Shown: positions 40,479-43,863 of the stretch, piece by piece | How the letters are laid out: each line of letters starts with the position of its first letter | How positions within the stretch are numbered: the stretch's first letter is position 1 | Origin: Phycisphaeraceae bacterium | GTDB lineage: Bacteria > Planctomycetota > Phycisphaerae > Phycisphaerales > Zrk34 | Assembly: GCA_028281485.1 (NCBI GenBank) | Contig: JANQJT010000342.1 | Location: 1-43,863 of the forward strand | Direction: 5' to 3' | Length of the DNA stretch: 43,863 bases | Translations under genes and position numbers: made by a program | Notes under the pieces: generated by a model | Told to the model about the DNA's origin: nothing | Databases searched by the model: none | What the model saw: the letters and a program-made list of their open reading frames with translations, nothing else

Positions 40479-41495
40479 ATGCCCCGCATTTCTCGATTCT
40501 GGTACCTAGTGCCCGTTACCGTATTGATCGCCGTCGGATCCTTCGTTTGGGCACGCTCGGTTGCTCCGACATGGACCGGCCCCGCCTTCGGTCCCGACTT
40601 CTCAAGCCACTGGCACGACGGCAACGCCGAGATCGCAGGCTACGAGCTGACCTACCCCCGATACGGCCAACTGCGGTCCGGCACGGCCGTAGCCATCTTC
40701 GTCAGTGAACCACACCAGCCTTCGACCGGCATCAAGCCCGAGCGTCCCGCCGCCGACAGCGTCCCCGCCTTCAAGCTCAACCTCGTCGAAGACTTCCCAA
40801 CGGGCATTTACGACTACAACATGATGACCAGCGCCTTTGTCTCCACCCAGCCGGTCGCCGGCCGACCTGCCGGTTCGATCCTCAAGACGTCGTTCAGCGC
40901 AGCCGAGTGGTGCGGCCATGCCTATCAACAGGTCCGCTTCGGTTCCGATGCGGCTCACCTGGTCAGTCACAGCTACTTCGAGGGGGAAGCCGACACCGAT
41001 CGAAGCGAGGCCTACCCCGCGCACGGCATCGCCGAGGACGCGTTGCTGCTATGGGCGCGCGGGTTGGCGGGGCCGCCGCTCGAACCCGGCGCTTCGATCA
41101 ACCTGCCCATCCTGCGTGCCTCGGCGCTGGCGCGCCTGACGCATCTTCCCGTCGCGTGGGACACCGCCGCGCTCAAACGCGCCGCATCTCCGCAGACCGT
41201 CACCGTGCCGGCCGGCACCTTTCAGGTCGATGTCTACACCGCCAAGGTCACCATGGACGCCACCCGTCACACCTACCCCATCCCTGGAAGATCATCCCCA
41301 CGTTCGACCCGCACGTGGACCTTCTACGTCGAGTCGGCCCATCCCCACCGTGTGATCAAGTGGGAGCGTAGCGACGGGATCAACGCCGAGTTGATGGGTG
41401 ACAAACGACTGCCGTACTGGTCGCTCAACGCCAACGCGCACGAGAAGCTTCTGACCGAGATCGGCCTGTCGCCGCGCCCGTCGCGCACGCCCTGA
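40479..41495 (+). CDS. hypothetical membrane-anchored/secreted protein
   Basis: AGGAG RBS 8 nt upstream. N-terminal hydrophobic FWYLVPVTVLIAVGSFVWA. No family recognised. Confidence 0.6.
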   Translation: MPRISRFWYLVPVTVLIAVGSFVWARSVAPTWTGPAFGPDFSSHWHDGNAEIAGYELTYPRYGQLRSGTAVAIFVSEPHQPSTGIKPERPAADSVPAFKLNLVEDFPTGIYDYNMMTSAFVSTQPVAGRPAGSILKTSFSAAEWCGHAYQQVRFGSDAAHLVSHSYFEGEADTDRSEAYPAHGIAEDALLLWARGLAGPPLEPGASINLPILRASALARLTHLPVAWDTAALKRAASPQTVTVPAGTFQVDVYTAKVTMDATRHTYPIPGRSSPRSTRTWTFYVESAHPHRVIKWERSDGINAELMGDKRLPYWSLNANAHEKLLTEIGLSPRPSRTP

Positions 41496-41506
41496 TCTGC
41501 GGTACG

Positions 41507-42016
41507 ATGGAGGCTATGCATCCCGCTGCGCTGGACATCGATGATCTGCTCAAGCGCTGCCGCGTCGAACGCGGCCGCGCCTCGGGGCCCGGCGGTCAAC
41601 ACCGCAACAAGGTCGAGACCGCCATCACGATCACGCACACGCCCACACGAATCTCCGCGTCTGCTTCCGAACGACGCAGTCAGGAGCAGAACCGAACCAA
41701 CGCGATCTTCCGTCTTCGGATCAAGCTCGCTATCGACCACCGTCAGCCCGTCGATCCCGACGCGGCGCCCTCCGATCTGTGGTCGTCGCGTTGCCGCGGC
41801 GGTGCGATCTCGGTGAGCCCAAAACACGACGACTACCCCGCGCTGTTGGCCGAGGCGATGGACGTATTGGCTGAACACGATTGGCAGCCGCCCAGCGTCA
41901 CCGACTTACTGGGTTGCACCGCTTCGCAGCTGATCAAGCTGCTCAAGGGTGATCCCGGGGCGCTGCGGCGCGTCAATGAGTGCCGCGCTTCGCTCGGCCT
42001 GGGTCGGCTGCGATAA
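41507..42016 (+). CDS. GGQ-domain (class I release factor/ArfB-like peptidyl-tRNA hydrolase domain) protein
   Basis: RASGPGGQHRNKVETAITITHTPT...ERRSQEQNRTNAIFRL is the RF-1 catalytic GGQ domain. No codon-recognition domains are present, and the C-terminal half is not the basic ArfB tail. Alternative start at 41516. Confidence 0.75.
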   Translation: MEAMHPAALDIDDLLKRCRVERGRASGPGGQHRNKVETAITITHTPTRISASASERRSQEQNRTNAIFRLRIKLAIDHRQPVDPDAAPSDLWSSRCRGGAISVSPKHDDYPALLAEAMDVLAEHDWQPPSVTDLLGCTASQLIKLLKGDPGALRRVNECRASLGLGRLR

Positions 42017-42074
42017 TCGCACAAATACCACCATGATTCGTGAACGGGGGATCGATTGGAAAGGGAAGGTCGCG

Positions 42075-43691
42075 TTACTCGACGGTCTCGGTTTCAACCG
42101 GCGGGGCTTCCGTGAGCACGCGGAGCTGGTCGACCTCGGTCGTGGACATGAACAGCGTGATCGTGCGGCGATCCTCGCTGAGCGTAATCTCGTCGCTGTC
42201 GGTGTGGCCGTTGCCGGTGTCCAAGCCGCGGTAGTGCTGACCGGTCGGCATGATCACGTCCGGGTTGCCGAACAGCGCATCGCTGGTGTCCAGCGCGTTG
42301 GTGCCGACGATCAAGCCCACGATCGGCCGGGGGAACCGCAGCGTGCAATGGGTCGTCTGCGGGTTGTTGCCCTCGTAGGGCTCGCCGTTGATGTCGGCGA
42401 TGTCCAGGTGCACTAGGTAGCTGGTGACGTCCTGGCCGCTCTCGACGCGGCCGGCGCGGCTGTACATGTCACGCCCGCGGTACCAGCCGGGCTCCGAGAT
42501 CAGTCGCGTCAGCGTCTGATCCACGGTGACGCGCTGCTGTTCCATGAAGATGATCGGCTGATTGGTCAGCAGGCCGTCCTCGTAGCGGTGCACGCTGGCC
42601 GGTGCGTGGTTCTGGTAAATCGCGTGGCCCCGGGTGACGGTGACGTGATCCACCGCGTCACGCATGTCACGGACGTACAGGTGGAACGTCGGCACGGGCT
42701 CGATCACCGTCGACAGCACCGTCTGCGCGCTGACGCGTGACTGCTGCTCAGCGACCAGCGTCGTCGAACGACCCAGCGAACCGGTCTCCGTCATCTCATA
42801 GAGCTCGATCTTGCCGTCGAACACCGTCGCGCGCGTCGCGCCGTTCTCCGCGACCTCCACGCCGAACTCCGTGCCCAGGTCGACCACCTTCGCGGTCGGC
42901 GTGTTCACCGTGAAGCGATACGCCTCGGTCGGCACGTACGCCACGAGCTTGCCGCGATGCAGCATCAGCGTGTTGTTGTCCTCAAGCTCGGCCTGGAACG
43001 GCGCCTCGAAGATCACCTTCGCGCCGCGATCCATCACCACTTCCACAAATCCGCTCTCGGCCTGCAGTTCGCCCCTGCGCAGCGTTCCGTTCTCGACGAC
43101 CGGCTCGTTCTCTTCGACCCACTGCACGTGCTGCGTATCCAACAGCTTGGCCACGATCGGCGGCTGCGGCTTGAGCATGTCCTTCAGCTCGGGGGCCAGC
43201 ACGATGCCCAGCGTGATCGCCATCAGCACCATCGCTGCCAACGCCAAGTGACGCAGACCGAAGCCCTTGCGGGTCTGGTAGACCTGCACACCGGCAAAGC
43301 CGAACAGCAGCTCGCTGTCCTCCGCTTCTTCTTCCTCCGGCTGCGGCGCCATGTGGCCCGGCGACATCAGGCGACAGGTCTCCACCGGGTCGGCCAGCTC
43401 GTAACCGACGGGGATGTCGGCCTCGGCGTCCGGCTCACTCGGGCCCAGCAGCGACTCCAGCAGCGCGTCCTCCGCGATCGCCCCGCTGCGCTCGATGCGC
43501 TGCACGCACTGCACAAGGCTCGTCAACGCCACGAAGGCGTCGCGCTTGTGCGCGTCGTGCATCAGCTCCAGGCTGAACGCGTCAAACTCATCGATCTCCA
43601 TCTCGCCGTCGAGATAGCGCACCACGCGCTCGACGAACGCGTTGTCCTCCATCTCACGCAGGCGTTGATAGGGATCGGACTTGGGGGACAT
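42075..43691 (-). CDS. FecR-family anti-sigma factor with a large extracytoplasmic C-terminal domain
   Basis: Cytoplasmic N-terminal region, TM LALAAMVLMAITLGIVLAP, and a FecR-like block (VVMDRGAKVIFEAPFQAELED...FTVNTPTAKVVDLGTEFGVEV). The ATG immediately follows the stop of the upstream ECF sigma gene (TAAATG). Confidence 0.75.
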   Translation of the reverse strand: MSPKSDPYQRLREMEDNAFVERVVRYLDGEMEIDEFDAFSLELMHDAHKRDAFVALTSLVQCVQRIERSGAIAEDALLESLLGPSEPDAEADIPVGYELADPVETCRLMSPGHMAPQPEEEEAEDSELLFGFAGVQVYQTRKGFGLRHLALAAMVLMAITLGIVLAPELKDMLKPQPPIVAKLLDTQHVQWVEENEPVVENGTLRRGELQAESGFVEVVMDRGAKVIFEAPFQAELEDNNTLMLHRGKLVAYVPTEAYRFTVNTPTAKVVDLGTEFGVEVAENGATRATVFDGKIELYEMTETGSLGRSTTLVAEQQSRVSAQTVLSTVIEPVPTFHLYVRDMRDAVDHVTVTRGHAIYQNHAPASVHRYEDGLLTNQPIIFMEQQRVTVDQTLTRLISEPGWYRGRDMYSRAGRVESGQDVTSYLVHLDIADINGEPYEGNNPQTTHCTLRFPRPIVGLIVGTNALDTSDALFGNPDVIMPTGQHYRGLDTGNGHTDSDEITLSEDRRTITLFMSTTEVDQLRVLTEAPPVETETVE

Positions 43692-43863
43692 TTAGCTGAC
43701 GCCTCCTTCGGCATCGTTCATTTGCCGCTGCATGCACTCGGCCAAGCGCCGGTGGATGCGGCTCATTGTCTGTTGCACGGCCGCGCGGCTGCGACCCAGT
43801 TCCTCGGCCAGGCGCTCGCCCTTGATCCCCTTGCCGTAGCGCAGCATCAGGGCGTCGCGAGAG
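43692..43863 (-). CDS. ECF-type sigma-70 family factor, C-terminal region 4 only (gene runs off the right edge)
   Basis: My minus-strand translation is SRDALMLRYGKGIKGERLAEELGRSRAAVQQTMSRIHRRLAECMQRQ...*. This is a region 4.2 HTH, and the gene is coupled to the FecR gene. Confidence 0.7.
   Translation of the reverse strand, partial: SRDALMLRYGKGIKGERLAEELGRSRAAVQQTMSRIHRRLAECMQRQMNDAEGGVS

Noticed and set aside
40181-40624. 148-codon N-terminal extension of the PEP-CTERM ORF back to 40624
   Set aside because: The extension crosses the A+T-rich intergenic region and overlaps the start of the divergent 40479 gene. A clean signal peptide begins at the internal ATG 40180, which has a GGGAG-type RBS.
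1-43863. Scan for CRISPR arrays, rRNA, tRNA and long tandem or interspersed repeats
   Set aside because: I saw no regularly spaced 25-40 nt direct repeats, no cloverleaf-capable or rRNA-like conserved stretches in the intergenic regions, and no long repeated segments. The only recurrent similarity is the ABC paralogy reported above.

Overview
This is a high-G+C chromosomal segment (about two-thirds G+C by eye). Its gene content looks like the PVC superphylum, most likely Planctomycetota/Phycisphaerae: a prepilin-type pseudopilin, a PEP-CTERM protein, an ECF sigma/FecR pair and many envelope genes. I saw no rRNA, tRNA or CRISPR array. Housekeeping genes identified from motifs are purU, an RpoD-like sigma factor, nadA, dnaK, pheS and nfo. 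Others include a CPx P-type metal ATPase, an AsmA/TamB-like giant protein, an alpha/beta hydrolase, a YkgJ-type Cys-cluster protein, a CPBP protease and a GGQ-only release-factor-like protein. Two parts stand out. (1) 20070-35463 is a 15.4 kb run of 11 tightly packed genes on one strand. It holds three SPFH (HflK/C-like) paralogues, one of them fused to a roughly 7-TM domain. These are followed by an ABC ATPase, an oversized ABC-2 permease and a 763-aa orphan protein. The run continues with a vWA protein whose membrane anchor carries a TonB-type SxxxH signature, then ExbB, two ExbD and a 907-aa TPR protein; I could not see a canonical TonB C-terminal domain. (2) 35464-37198 is a small low-G+C islet wedged between the TPR gene and nfo. 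It encodes a UDG-superfamily protein with an aberrant motif 1 and a small serine recombinase. All product calls come from reading motifs in the supplied translations. No database search was run, so family assignments are provisional. Many long antisense ORFs in the track are treated as GC artefacts.
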